Below, one piece after another: positions 41,647-51,845 of a stretch of DNA of 64,000 nucleotides. The DNA comes from Cyanobacteriota bacterium (GTDB taxonomy: Bacteria > Cyanobacteriota > Cyanobacteriia > Thermostichales > Thermostichaceae): positions 133,461-197,460 of the forward strand of contig JANRIL010000005.1 in the NCBI GenBank assembly GCA_033764955.1, in the 5' to 3' direction. The number at the start of each line of letters is the position of its first letter. Position 1 is the first letter of the stretch. The translations under genes were made by a program, and so were the position numbers. The notes beneath the pieces were generated by a model that ran no database searches, was not told the origin of the DNA, and saw only the letters and a program-made list of their open reading frames with translations.

Positions 41647-42525
41647 ATGCGAGTGGTTGTGACTGGTCTAGACGGCAGTCTGTTGGATTCCCAAACCAAC
41701 AGCTATGGGGCGGCACGCCAAGGGCTAGCCGCTCTAGAACGCCGTTCGATCCCATTAATTCTGTTTAGCTACCGCACCCGCCGCCAACTCGAAGAAGTAC
41801 GGCAACAACTTCATCTGGAGCACCCCTTCCTGAGTGAGGATGGCCAGGGGATTTATTTGCCAGAGGATTATTTTCCCCTCAGCATCTTGTCCTCCACCTG
41901 GGTTCATCAGCCCCCCTACTACACCCAAAGCTTGGGCTTGCCCTATGCTCAGTTACGCCAGATTGTGCAGGAGATCCGCCAACAGTTACAGGCAGATTTG
42001 GTGGGATTTGGGGATTGGAAAACAGGGGAGCTAGCCCTAGCGATGGGCATAACCCCCGATCAGGCGGAGCGGATGCAGGCACGGGAATGGAGTGAAATTT
42101 TTAGCTATGGGGGGGATCCCGAACGGTTGGAGACAGCCCTTCACGACCAGGCGGATCGCTGGGGATGTCGCCTGCACCTACGGACGTTACTCCAGGCCCG
42201 CCAGTATTATTTGACAGGGTGGCCTGCTCAATCGGCTGAGCCGTCTGAGATGCAGCCACGGGCGGTTTCCCTGTTGTTGGATAGCTATCGACGCCATGCT
42301 GGCTCGGTGATGTCGTTGGCTATTGGTAGCGAACCCGCCGATGCCGCCTTTTTGCGGGTGGCTAGCTACCCTGTAGTTTTGCCCAGTGCTCAGTCAGACA
42401 TGCTCTGGTCTGAGGCAGGGGCAAATTGGCATCTGGCCGAGTTGCCAGGGCCAGCCGGATGGAATGATGCGGTGTTGACGTGGTTAGAGGAGACGGATCA
42501 TGGTGATGAACTACAAGCAGAGTGA
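41647..42525 (+). CDS. Mannosyl-3-phosphoglycerate phosphatase-like HAD-IIB protein with degenerate active site
   Basis: Overall MpgP/YedP pattern (PF.SE.G..IY.P, GFGD, RE.SE.F, GPAGWN..V), but motif I reads TGLDGSL. Confidence 0.75.
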   Translation: MRVVVTGLDGSLLDSQTNSYGAARQGLAALERRSIPLILFSYRTRRQLEEVRQQLHLEHPFLSEDGQGIYLPEDYFPLSILSSTWVHQPPYYTQSLGLPYAQLRQIVQEIRQQLQADLVGFGDWKTGELALAMGITPDQAERMQAREWSEIFSYGGDPERLETALHDQADRWGCRLHLRTLLQARQYYLTGWPAQSAEPSEMQPRAVSLLLDSYRRHAGSVMSLAIGSEPADAAFLRVASYPVVLPSAQSDMLWSEAGANWHLAELPGPAGWNDAVLTWLEETDHGDELQAE

Positions 42526-43219
42526 ATGGGCAAACGCAGTTTGGCAACGGGGCTGTCTGGGCATGGGATCCCTCCTGATGGGATTATGGTTGGTGGCCAC
42601 TCCCGTCGCCCTCGCTAAGCCCCCCCTCAATCTCTCGACGGGGCAGGAGACTGTGGCGCAATTGAAGGAATCTGGCGTGCGCTATGCCCAACTTGGCTTT
42701 TATACGTTAGCGATTGAATCCTACCGGGGGGCGATTGCCCTAGAGGATCGCTCCCAACTGTTGCCCAGCCAATGGGATGCTGATGTCCCCATCAACTTAG
42801 GCTTGATCTACCTGCAACAGGGATCCCTCTTACCCGCCAGGGATGCCTTTGCCCGTGCGGTAGAAGCGGATCCCACCAGCTTTAAGGCGCGCTACCAACT
42901 GGGAGTGGCCGAAATGCAGTTGGGTAACTATGATGTGGCTAAGAGCGAGTTGTCTGCTCTGGCGACCGCTTCCACAGCCAATCCTGAGACCAAAAAGCAT
43001 CTGGATATGTTGCTGGCTTCGATTGAGGCGGTGGCTCCCACTCGCCTAGAAGCACCAGAGGCTCCGCCAGTGGGTTCGGAAGCCAGCAAAGTCTCCAGCC
43101 CCGTTCCTGCCAAAATTGACAATACCGCCGCCCAAACGACGGATCCCACGGCCAGCGAAGAGACGCTCCCCCCTCCCTCCAAACTGCAACAACTCAAAGA
43201 GAAAGATAGCCGTAACTAA
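42500..43219 (+). CDS. Exported TPR protein
   Basis: Signal-like N-terminus, about 3 TPRs, low-complexity tail; overlaps the upstream gene. Confidence 0.7.
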   Translation: MVMNYKQSEWANAVWQRGCLGMGSLLMGLWLVATPVALAKPPLNLSTGQETVAQLKESGVRYAQLGFYTLAIESYRGAIALEDRSQLLPSQWDADVPINLGLIYLQQGSLLPARDAFARAVEADPTSFKARYQLGVAEMQLGNYDVAKSELSALATASTANPETKKHLDMLLASIEAVAPTRLEAPEAPPVGSEASKVSSPVPAKIDNTAAQTTDPTASEETLPPPSKLQQLKEKDSRN

Positions 43220-43393
43220 ACGACAACTCATCCATCGGTTTGTCTAGGAACTGCCTTCAGTCCGCCTGTCTTCGGATGGGTGGACGATTCGCCATTGCTT
43301 CAGCGGCGGCAAGGTGGCCAAGGAATCACAGGGAGATGACGGGAGGATTTTTGATAAATTAGGGGTGATCCGCTTGGCTCCCCATGGCATCGA

Positions 43394-45463
43394 ATGGGCA
43401 TTTATTGGTTCCTAGAACGCAAAATTAGCAGTGGGTTTGCATTGGCTTTGTTAGTTTTGGGGCTAGTGGGAGCCACGTCTTTGTGGAGTATGACTCGTCT
43501 GATCAAAAGCGTCGAACAATCCCGCTCCATCGATCAGGTTTTGGGATCCCTACAATCGCTGCTCAGCCAACTGCAAGATGCCGAAACGGGGCAACGGGGC
43601 TATCTGCTCACCGGATCGGATCGCTATCTGGAACCCTACGAAACGGCCCTAGCGCAAATCCCCCAACAACAGCAACTCCTGCGGCAATTGCTGCGGGATC
43701 ATCCCCAAGAACAGGCCATCTTGAGGGTATTGGATCCCCTCATCGAAAGCAAACTGGCTGAATTGGCCGAAACGATTCAACAACGGGAGCAGGCGGGGTT
43801 AGAAGCAGCTATAGCGATCGTCCTCACCGAGCAGGGCAGACAGATGATGGATGCCATCCGCCAAGGGATCCACGAGATGAACCAGGGCATTCAGCAGAAA
43901 GAACAACGTCTGGAAAAGCAAATTGCCGATCAAACCCATTTTTCCATGGGCATCTTGGTGTTGATTGGGGGGATAGCGTGTATTTTTTTACCGATAGCCA
44001 GTTGGGTGACACAGCGGGAGCTAAAAATCCGCCAACAAATCCAGCAATCCCTGGTGCTGAGTGAAGAACGCTATCGCCGCCTGATCGACACCGCCTCCGA
44101 GGGCATTTGTATTTTGGATAACGAGGGAAAAATCCGTTTGGTCAATCAAAAAATGTCTGACTTGCTGGGGTATCCTGCCGATCAGATGCTTGATCATCAC
44201 CTGCTAGATTTTGTGGCGGTGGAAGCCCAGCCCTTGATCAAAGACTATTTGCAAGCCGATTCCCAGGATTTAACCCAACACAGGGATCTGCAACTGCATG
44301 GTCAGGATCAGCAGGAACGCTGGGTGATGTTGTCCATGAATAGCCTTGATACACCGGATCCCACCCAGACGGGATCCACCAGCAAGCTGGTCATGCTGAC
44401 CGATATCACCGAGCGCAAGCTGGTCGAATCGGCGTTACAGGAGGTCAGCACTCAACTCAGTGATTGGGTAGGCGATTTGGAAGCCCGCAACAATGCCCTC
44501 AGCCGCCTGCGGGAAATGAGCAATTTGCTCCAGACCTGCTTACACATCAGCGATGCCTATCAGGTGATTGCCCAGACCGTCCCTAGTCTCTTTCCCGATA
44601 TCCCTGGAATGCTCTGCAAACTCAATGCTTCGAAAAACCTGCTGGAGTCGGTGGCGACCTGGGGATCCCCTTTGTCCAGTCAAGCGGTGTTCGCGGCCAG
44701 CGATTGTTGGGGATTGCGGCGGGGAGAACCCCATTGGGTAGCCGATCCCAGTACGGGTTTACGCTGTTCCCACCTAGAGGAACCTTGGCCTGCCCATAGT
44801 TTTTGCCTGCCCCTGTTGGCTCAAGGAGAAACCCTGGGTGTTCTTTACTTCGCTCCTGCTCAAAAGGGACAGTTTAACCAAACCAGTCAGTTGTTGGCAG
44901 AAACCCTGGCCGAACAGATTGGTTTAGCCCTGGGCAATCTGCAACTGCGGGAAACCCTGCGTAACCAAAGTATTCGGGATCCCTTGACCGGGCTGTTCAA
45001 CCGCCGCTATCTGGAAGAATCCCTAGAACGGGAAATTAACCGAGCTACCCGTAGCCAAAAGCCCCTAGCCCTGATCATGGTGGATGTGGATCACTTCAAG
45101 CACTTTAACGACACCTTTGGACATGACGCCGGCGATCTGGTGTTACAAGCTTTGGGGCGTTTTTTGCAAGAATCGGTGCGGGGGGGAGATATTGCCTGCC
45201 GACTGGGGGGAGAGGAAATGATTCTCATGCTGCCCGAAGCGGATCTGCCCTTAGCAGAGCAGCGAGCCGAACAGATTCGCCTGGGTATCCAACAAATTTC
45301 TCTGCACCATCAGCAACAGCTCTTGGATCCCATTACTGCTTCTCTGGGGGTAGCTGTCTTTCCTCAACATGGACTAACCCAGACTGCTCTGCTCAAGTCT
45401 GCCGACACCGCCCTCTACGAGGCAAAAGCCCAGGGAAGAAACTGTGTGGTGGTGGCTTCTTAG
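43394..45463 (+). CDS. Membrane diguanylate cyclase (CHASE3-PAS-GAF-GGDEF)
   Basis: DAETGQRGYLLTG (CHASE3), PAS/DITERK, CWGLRRG GAF, RGGD I-site, RLGGEEM. Confidence 0.9.
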   Translation: MGIYWFLERKISSGFALALLVLGLVGATSLWSMTRLIKSVEQSRSIDQVLGSLQSLLSQLQDAETGQRGYLLTGSDRYLEPYETALAQIPQQQQLLRQLLRDHPQEQAILRVLDPLIESKLAELAETIQQREQAGLEAAIAIVLTEQGRQMMDAIRQGIHEMNQGIQQKEQRLEKQIADQTHFSMGILVLIGGIACIFLPIASWVTQRELKIRQQIQQSLVLSEERYRRLIDTASEGICILDNEGKIRLVNQKMSDLLGYPADQMLDHHLLDFVAVEAQPLIKDYLQADSQDLTQHRDLQLHGQDQQERWVMLSMNSLDTPDPTQTGSTSKLVMLTDITERKLVESALQEVSTQLSDWVGDLEARNNALSRLREMSNLLQTCLHISDAYQVIAQTVPSLFPDIPGMLCKLNASKNLLESVATWGSPLSSQAVFAASDCWGLRRGEPHWVADPSTGLRCSHLEEPWPAHSFCLPLLAQGETLGVLYFAPAQKGQFNQTSQLLAETLAEQIGLALGNLQLRETLRNQSIRDPLTGLFNRRYLEESLEREINRATRSQKPLALIMVDVDHFKHFNDTFGHDAGDLVLQALGRFLQESVRGGDIACRLGGEEMILMLPEADLPLAEQRAEQIRLGIQQISLHHQQQLLDPITASLGVAVFPQHGLTQTALLKSADTALYEAKAQGRNCVVVAS

Positions 45464-45682
45464 CTAGGGTCAGTCTAGGTGCTCAAAAAATTTTGGCTTT
45501 GGGGTTCAGATCCGACGATAATTTCTCAGCTATTGTTAGAAGCCCGACCTTGTCAGGATGCTTGTCATGGCGATGACTCCCTGAGATACGCACCCATTCC
45601 TATCCATCTGAGTCTATCAACTCCATCACTTCTCTGAACCTTCATCCCCATAATCAGCAGTCCGGATCCCGGCTAAGAACCA

Positions 45683-46132
45683 TTAACAGATCAGGGGTCT
45701 TTTGGCCTGAAGGTGATGAATATATTTGCCCAGATAGAGTTGATTGCCCTGCTCATTCCACTCCACATGGTCAAAAATCTGGGTGAGCAGCCATGTGCCA
45801 CGCCCAGATTCATCCGTTTCACACATGCCCCCACACAGACACCGCTGCACTTCTTTCTGGCTGGCGAAGCCGGATCCCTGATCCTTGATGAGCCATTGGT
45901 AAATGGGGGCATAGCTGGCATATTCGATCACCACTTTTTTGCGTGGATCCAGCTCATTGCCGTGCAGGGCAGCATTCACAATCGCCTCCTGCAAACCTAA
46001 ACGGACTTCCGCCTGCCACAGGGTGGGGACTTTGGCGATCAGCACGTCCAAGACAGGACGTGTATAGAGGGTAGAGTGAAAACTGATGGTGCTCCAAGAG
46101 CAGGTGGTAGGTTTCAGGGAGAGAGCAATCAC
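45683..46132 (-). CDS. pmgA: PmgA, anti-sigma-factor-like ATPase
   Basis: ISFHSTLY, RLGLQEAIVNAALHGN.LDP, DQGSGF, GRG; GTG at 46132 lies behind AGGAAG. Confidence 0.85.
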   Translation of the reverse strand: MIALSLKPTTCSWSTISFHSTLYTRPVLDVLIAKVPTLWQAEVRLGLQEAIVNAALHGNELDPRKKVVIEYASYAPIYQWLIKDQGSGFASQKEVQRCLCGGMCETDESGRGTWLLTQIFDHVEWNEQGNQLYLGKYIHHLQAKRPLIC

Positions 46133-46410
46133 AACGGGGATCTTCCTGATCGCACGACTCACCCCTCTATGTTAACGAATAAAGACACCCCACCCGCAAG
46201 GGGGGGATCCGCCACCCTACCCCAATGGAGTGACCGGGTTAAGCAAGCTTGACATTCAGACGTTTGAGTAGATGCCAATCTCAGTTGATGAGTAATATAG
46301 GATATGTTGAGTTGTTGCTTTCCTGCCCATCCTGCCGGAAGCACCTGGCGTTCTTGTGGGATTGCCGGCAAAAACATGACAAAACGTTACGTTCAATCAG
46401 TGAGGAAAAT

Positions 46411-46974
46411 TTGATCCCAGACCGTCCAATTGACCGCACGATCCGCAAACAACGGGGAGATCTCCCGAATATCAATGAGCGGATTCGCTTCCCTAAAATT
46501 CGCTTGATTGATACCGATGGAAAACAACTAGGCATCATGAGTCCGCGGGATGCGCTGCGGTTGGCCGAAGAAAAAGAGTTGGATCTGGTGCTGCTGAGTG
46601 ACAAGGCCGATCCACCTGTTTGCCGAATTATGGACTACGGCAAATACAAATTTGAGAAAGAGAAAAAAGAGCGGGAAGCCCGTAAAAAGCAACATACCGC
46701 AGAAGTTAAGGAAGTGAAGATGGGCTATAAGATTGGCGATCATGATTACCAAGTTCGCCTGCGTAGTGCTCAATCCTTCATTGCGGATGGCGATAAAGTC
46801 AAGGCTACCGTCATGCTGCGAGGCCGTGAAATTCAACATACGGATCTGGCGGAAGACTTATTGTTGCGGCTAGCCAAAGATCTGGAGAGCGTGGCGGAAT
46901 TGCAGCAATCTCCCAAGAAGGAAGGCCGCAATATGACCATGATTCTTTCCCCGAAAAAGTTGACGGCGGGTTAA
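46411..46974 (+). CDS. infC: Translation initiation factor IF-3
   Basis: [29 protein letters not shown]; start probably non-AUG (TTG 46411 or ATC 46414) after GAGGA. Confidence 0.93.
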   Translation: MIPDRPIDRTIRKQRGDLPNINERIRFPKIRLIDTDGKQLGIMSPRDALRLAEEKELDLVLLSDKADPPVCRIMDYGKYKFEKEKKEREARKKQHTAEVKEVKMGYKIGDHDYQVRLRSAQSFIADGDKVKATVMLRGREIQHTDLAEDLLLRLAKDLESVAELQQSPKKEGRNMTMILSPKKLTAG

Positions 46975-47079
46975 TCGCCTGTCTTGCCATTTCTAGCTAT
47001 TGGGCTGGAATGGAGTCCCTAGTGTCGATCCCATTTTCCAAAAGTCGGATCCCTTAGCAAATCCTGTTCTGAGGTTATT

Positions 47080-47547
47080 ATGACCCATCTGAGCGTAGGC
47101 GATCCGGCTCCTGATTTTGAGTTGAGTGATGCTCAAGGTACCCTCGTTTCCCGCCGTCAATGGCTGGGAACCCGCTTTGTTCTGTATTTTTATCCCCGTG
47201 ATAATACTCCTGGCTGTACCAAACAAGCCTGTAGCTTTCGGGATCACTATGCTGACTATCAAGCCCAAGGGATCCCGGTTTTGGGGGTGAGTACCGATAG
47301 TGCCAAATCTCACCAGCGATTTAGCGACAAATTTCAACTGCCTTTTCCCCTTTTGGTGGATGAAGAAGCCAAAATTGCGACGGCTTATGGGGTGTATGGC
47401 CTCAAAAAGTTTGCTGGCAAAACCTATCATGGCATTACCCGCACTACGTTTGTGATTGATCCAGAAGGAAAGATCGAGCAGATTATTCAAAAGGGGAGAG
47501 TAGAAACCCATGCCCAGGATCTTTTAAAGCTTTTATCTCCACCATGA
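47080..47547 (+). CDS. bcp: Peroxiredoxin BCP/PrxQ
   Basis: YFYPRDNTPGCTKQAC. Confidence 0.93.
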   Translation: MTHLSVGDPAPDFELSDAQGTLVSRRQWLGTRFVLYFYPRDNTPGCTKQACSFRDHYADYQAQGIPVLGVSTDSAKSHQRFSDKFQLPFPLLVDEEAKIATAYGVYGLKKFAGKTYHGITRTTFVIDPEGKIEQIIQKGRVETHAQDLLKLLSPP

Positions 47548-48329
47548 TCCGGCGTTACTATCAGGTGTTATGGCTATTTTGGACAACTTCAGTAGCGGCA
47601 GAGACAGAGTATCGCGCTAACTTTTTCCTGGCGCTGTTGAGCAGTTTAGGAGGGGTGACAGGGAGTTGGTTTGGCCTGTTTTTGTTTTATCGAGGCGGTT
47701 ATCAATTTGAGGGGTGGAGCTGGTTAGAGGCTCTGATTGTCTTGGGAATTTTTACGATTTTGCAGGGGTTTTCTAGCAGTGTTTTGAATGTCAACCTCAA
47801 TCGGATTGTTCAGCATGTGCAGCAGGGAACTCTCGATTTTATTTTGTTAAAACCCATCAGCAGTCAGTTTTGGCTGTCTAGCCGCGTCCTATCTCCCTGG
47901 GGGATCCCTGATGTGGCGCTGGGGGTGGGGTTGATTCTCTATGCAGGATCCCAATTGGGGATCCCCTGGTCTGCCTATTGGCTGGGGATATTGCCGCTGG
48001 GGTTAGGGTTGATCAGTCTCTACAGCCTTTGGTTCATTTTGGCTGCTACCAGCATTTGGTTTGTCAAAATCTATAATGTCACGGAGGTATTGACGGGTTT
48101 GGTGGAAGCGGGACGATTTCCGATGGCGGCTTATCCGGTGGGCTATCGTTTCTTTTTCACCTTTGTGGTGCCTATTAGTTTTTTAACAACCGTTCCCGCC
48201 GAAGTGGTGTTGGGGCGATCCGGACTGACTTGGTTGGGAGGATCCGCTGGTTTGGCGCTGGGTTTGCTGTGGGCTTCCTCTGGATTTTGGCGGTTTGCCT
48301 TGCGTTTTTACACCAGTGCTTCTAGTTAG
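47544..48329 (+). CDS. ABC-2 family permease (DUF990-like)
   Basis: EYRANF, GTLDFILLKP, RFYTSASS. Confidence 0.85.
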   Translation: MIRRYYQVLWLFWTTSVAAETEYRANFFLALLSSLGGVTGSWFGLFLFYRGGYQFEGWSWLEALIVLGIFTILQGFSSSVLNVNLNRIVQHVQQGTLDFILLKPISSQFWLSSRVLSPWGIPDVALGVGLILYAGSQLGIPWSAYWLGILPLGLGLISLYSLWFILAATSIWFVKIYNVTEVLTGLVEAGRFPMAAYPVGYRFFFTFVVPISFLTTVPAEVVLGRSGLTWLGGSAGLALGLLWASSGFWRFALRFYTSASS

Positions 48330-48336
48330 AAGCTGA

Positions 48337-48861
48337 TCAGTAACCTCGCTCAGAATGGGGGAGTTGCTGGAGGGTGGGATCTTTTTCATGGGTAAGTTCA
48401 AAGTTGATCACTTGCCAGCGCGCTTCGCTCGGTTCGGCAGTATGGGCATGACTGACTTCTCCACTAAATTTGACGGGTAAGCCATACAAACGAGGCTGGG
48501 TAGTATGGAGACGGCGACTATGCCCCTGATCGAGATAGGGAGTCAGCAATTCTTGGTAGCGCTTGGCAACCACTACTTCTACCGCCCGCATACCCTGGGT
48601 GCGGAGGCGATCCAGTTCCTCATGAATTTCAAAGCGGATCCCGTCGGCATGGGTATGCTGACGAAACCAGCGCCCTTGCCACAAACGCCAGCGCCGACCC
48701 GATTGAAGATGAACCAGATCTTGCGAGGAGGGTTCCGCTTCAAAGGCTCCATGCCGATGGCAGAGATAAGTATCAGTTAATGTCAAGGCGGCAATAGTTT
48801 GACGGCAATGGGGGCACTGAATCGCAGCCCCAAAAATCGGATAGGAAAACGCAAAGGACAT
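48337..48861 (-). CDS. Conserved cyanobacterial protein, TIGR02652 family
   Basis: YPIFG..I.CPHCRQTI.ALTLTDTYLC.RHGAFEA, RQHTHADGIRFEIHE. Confidence 0.85.
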   Translation of the reverse strand: MSFAFSYPIFGAAIQCPHCRQTIAALTLTDTYLCHRHGAFEAEPSSQDLVHLQSGRRWRLWQGRWFRQHTHADGIRFEIHEELDRLRTQGMRAVEVVVAKRYQELLTPYLDQGHSRRLHTTQPRLYGLPVKFSGEVSHAHTAEPSEARWQVINFELTHEKDPTLQQLPHSERGY

Positions 48862-49166
48862 ATCCAAAACCGCCCATTTAGAAACCACACATAGCCATTG
48901 TTCGTAGCCTCCACATTATACTGGGGAAGTCTCTCATCCAGAGGTTTCCAGTTGATGTCCGGGATCCCTGGATACTCAGGCAGAGTGTGGGCGAACCTGC
49001 CGATGCGGAACCAATGGAGAAAGAGGATTCCGAGGGGCTACTGCTCAGCTTGGGGGAGAATCCTTTGCAGTTATGGTTGATTCAGGTAAAAATGAGACAG
49101 TCAAGTCTGATGAAATCCATGTTTGAAAAGCATTGTAGAGCTTTTTCTCATCGTTAAGTAAATCAA

Positions 49167-49510
49167 CTACATGACCGTGGGCAAATGGCCTGATCGCTTA
49201 GCTCGATCTGTATCCAGATTAAAGCTCAATTCCAGAGGCAAGACCTTTCGATACAAAAACAAAAGAGCACTGAGAACATGATTTTGGTAGAAGCAACCAC
49301 CCTCACATCCACTGCTAAGTAGGGGAGAAAGGCATTGATTTTCTTGCCATCCATTTTCTTTGGGTATCGCCTGTTGAGGAATAGAATGAAGTGATGGATC
49401 CAGAGAACATAAGTTTTCTCGGTTTAGTAGGAGCAGTGTTTGGCAAAAAGGGCATTACTGATCTGTTCCAAGAGCTTTTTGGGTTTAGAGATAGGGGTAT
49501 TATTCTCATT
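49167..49510 (-). pseudogene. intI: Integron integrase N-terminal (SAM-like) remnant
   Basis: Minus strand reads PKKLLEQ..AKHCSY*TEKTYVLWIHHFILFLNRRYP..M....INAFL.YLAV...VAST(frameshift)QNHVLSALLFLYRKVL...RAKRSGHLPTVM*; one stop, one frameshift, catalytic domain absent. Confidence 0.85.
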
Positions 49511-49647
49511 AAGCCGGATAAAAACCCTTCACAGATGATTATTGTACAAAGTGTTGCCTATACAAATAAATTGGGATGATATTTACTCCATCAGCGGAAA
49601 AGTCTGCATCCTAGTCAATTGTCAGTCATTTAGCTTTTGAATCATAT

Positions 49648-49654
49648 GTTATCT
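49648..49654 (+). other. Candidate attI-side crossover (G|TTATCT) starting cassette 1
   Basis: GTTATCT is the reverse complement of AGATAA(C); AGATAAA opens the next attC-like site at 50703. Confidence 0.5.
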
Positions 49655-49663
49655 TAGCAAACC

Positions 49664-50119
49664 TCAACGTTTTGCATAAGCAATCAAGGAAACCCCAATA
49701 AAAGTTACTAAAACTCCTATCAACCGAAGAGGATTTGCTTCATATTTTGTTAGTCCCAAAAATCCAAAGTGATCTAGAAATAAGGAAGCAAGCATCTGAC
49801 CTGCAAAGGTCAACGCCAAAGTCAAAGTGGATCCAATTTTTAATGTTGCAAAAATGGTTGCCCAAACATAGAGAGTTCCCAAGCAACCGCCAACCCACAT
49901 CCACCACGAGGTTTGATTGATGGCAGCTCCGGACGGAAGTGGATAGCGAGCCAAAATGCAAATCAATAGAGATGTCAATGTCCCCGCAGAATAAGAGATG
50001 AAAGTTACTTGCATGGGTTCTCCCACATACCTCCTTAACAATGTGTTGAGTGCAACTTGGACTGGGATGAAAGCTCCACCCGTCAATGCTGCCATCATAA
50101 AAAACGTACTACCCTGCAT
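49664..50119 (-). CDS. DMT family transporter (YdcZ-like)
   Basis: GG..IPVQ.A.N..L, WW.W.GG.LG, GQM..SL..DHFG. Confidence 0.88.
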   Translation of the reverse strand: MQGSTFFMMAALTGGAFIPVQVALNTLLRRYVGEPMQVTFISYSAGTLTSLLICILARYPLPSGAAINQTSWWMWVGGCLGTLYVWATIFATLKIGSTLTLALTFAGQMLASLFLDHFGFLGLTKYEANPLRLIGVLVTFIGVSLIAYAKR

Positions 50120-50164
50120 TTTGTTTTAAGGTTAAGATACTTAAGAATAAACATAAACGATATT

Positions 50165-50196
50165 TATCTCTAAGTCAAGATACTCGATGTAAAGAT
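50165..50196. promoter_or_regulatory. Candidate MarR (PecS/UrtR-type) operator
   Basis: 18-bp palindrome TATCT-CTAAGTCA-AGATA (50165-50182) plus an overlapping degenerate copy TACTCGATGTAAAGAT, between the divergent DMT and MarR genes. Confidence 0.55.
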
Positions 50197-50210
50197 TCTG
50201 GTGATTGCTG

Positions 50211-50702
50211 ATGGATTTAGATGCGGTTGATCAAATACTGGCTCAATGGCAGAGGGAGCGTCCCGATTTAGATGTTGCCCCAATGGGCATTGTTGGTAGG
50301 ATCACGAGGCTATCAAAAATTCTTGAACGGGCTATTCAAGATAGATTCACAGATTTTGGCTTGACTGCCCCAGACTTTGATGTTTTGGCTACGCTACGCC
50401 GCTCTGGACAACCCTATCAACTAACACCAACTCATTTGTTTAACCAGCTAATGGTTTCATCAGGAACTATCACTCACCGGATCGATCGGTTAGAAAAATC
50501 TGAATTAGTTAAACGAATTCCGGATCCCAGCGATCGGAGGGGCTGTTTAATTATGCTTACAGAGCAAGGTTTTTGTTTGATTGAAAAAGTTGTTGAGGCA
50601 CATATTGATAATGAGCATCAAATCCTGCACATGTTAGAGGATCAAGAAAAGGAAACGCTAATTATAATATTACGAAAAATGCTGTACTCCCTAGAGCAAT
50701 AA
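50211..50702 (+). CDS. MarR family regulator, PecS/UrtR-like
   Basis: DAVDQILAQWQRERPDLD extra N-terminal helix, FDVLATLRRSG, RIDRLE, DRRG. Confidence 0.88.
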   Translation: MDLDAVDQILAQWQRERPDLDVAPMGIVGRITRLSKILERAIQDRFTDFGLTAPDFDVLATLRRSGQPYQLTPTHLFNQLMVSSGTITHRIDRLEKSELVKRIPDPSDRRGCLIMLTEQGFCLIEKVVEAHIDNEHQILHMLEDQEKETLIIILRKMLYSLEQ

Positions 50703-50788
50703 AGATAAAAAATCACTGCGCCCGACCGTAGGCTGAGCTATCCATATTATCCGAAGTCGATGACGGTGTGTGATCTCAGCGATTATGT
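50703..50788 (+). other. Degenerate attC site
   Basis: Starts directly after the MarR stop: AGATAAA-AAATC-ACTGCGCCCGACCGT ... ACGGTGTGTGATCTCAGCG-ATTATGT, 86 bp, both R boxes mutated. Confidence 0.55.
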
Positions 50789-50820
50789 GTTCAAAACCAT
50801 AGTATTTGGAGTAAGTATTT

Positions 50821-51633
50821 GTGAAGGAAGTAGTCAGAAAAGAAGTCAAGATTTTTTCGGAGTTGGCTGAAATATGTGCTTCTCGCAGGATGCATTCATG
50901 CAATTGCTTGCCTTTGCTATCAGAACGACATACAGCCCTGTCGTGAATCACCTGTTACGGATCATCCTAATCACTACCTACTACTAAAACATCTCTTAGT
51001 GAAAGAGAGTAGCAAAGCCAGACTAGATAATTACCGAAAGAGCTGTAATTAGATATGCTGACACATTAACTTCAGAGGATATGCTTCAGCAGTTCTCGAA
51101 GGATAGAAAGGTTAGAACATCCTGCGACGATAGATTTAGGCTTTATGCTACTTTCTCTCAGCGGTGATACTGCTGGGCTGATGAATGATGGAGTTGCCCA
51201 ACTAATTAAGCTAGGGAAAAAAGATGGTCGGCATCATGATTTAACACTTGCCATGAGTGATGACAATGGATTGGGTTTAACTATTCATTGTAATGAAGAC
51301 CATGAATCTATATTGGGTCTTCACCTAGAAAAGCATTGCGAACGAAGAATGTATGCATAAAAAGCAAACTTGTGGTTTGGTATCTGTATTGGGTAAGTAG
51401 TTCCAAGATTAGGATTTGGAGTGAATAAAGAGTATGTATAGGTTCAGTCGGATGAAATGGATAAACCGGTAGAAGATCTATCTAAACTCCAGAACCTTAA
51501 AAGAAAGAATAAGATTGATTTTGCTACTGCAACTAAGAAAACAAGAACGAAGATGGGGCGAAATGAAAAGTGTCTGTGCGGAAGCGGGAAGAAGTACAAG
51601 AAGTGTTGTTTGAAGGAAGATTGGAGGTTGTGA
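50821..51633 (+). pseudogene. SEC-C motif protein pseudogene (cassette 2)
   Basis: The frame of ORF 51145 continues through 3 stops to KMGRNEKCLCGSGKKYKKCC..* (TGA at 51631-51633); upstream part fragmented. Confidence 0.75.
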
Positions 51634-51637
51634 ACTT

Positions 51638-51725
51638 GTCTAACAACTCTGGTGCAGCAGAACGTATCAGCCTTTTTCGTTGGTTTCGAGAGGTGATCTG
51701 TGTTCGCTGATCAGGAACGTTGTAC
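51638..51725 (+). other. attC site
   Basis: GTCTAAC (R'') 4 nt after the stop; CTGGTGCAGC pairs with GCTGATCAG with a bulged G; GTTGTAC (R'); 88 bp. Confidence 0.8.
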
Positions 51726-51845
51726 CGCTTTCATATTGAGTTGTGGTAGTAGTTCGAGGATACTCAGTGGGGTTTGATTCTAACGGTTTTGTGAGGGATT
51801 TTTCTTGCTTTATAATGATATTTGTTGTCTCTGGAATAGCTCCAC

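Noticed and set aside
46249..46410. N-terminal extension of IF-3 in the ORF track
   Set aside because: Not IF-3-like; an SD-like sequence lies at 46402
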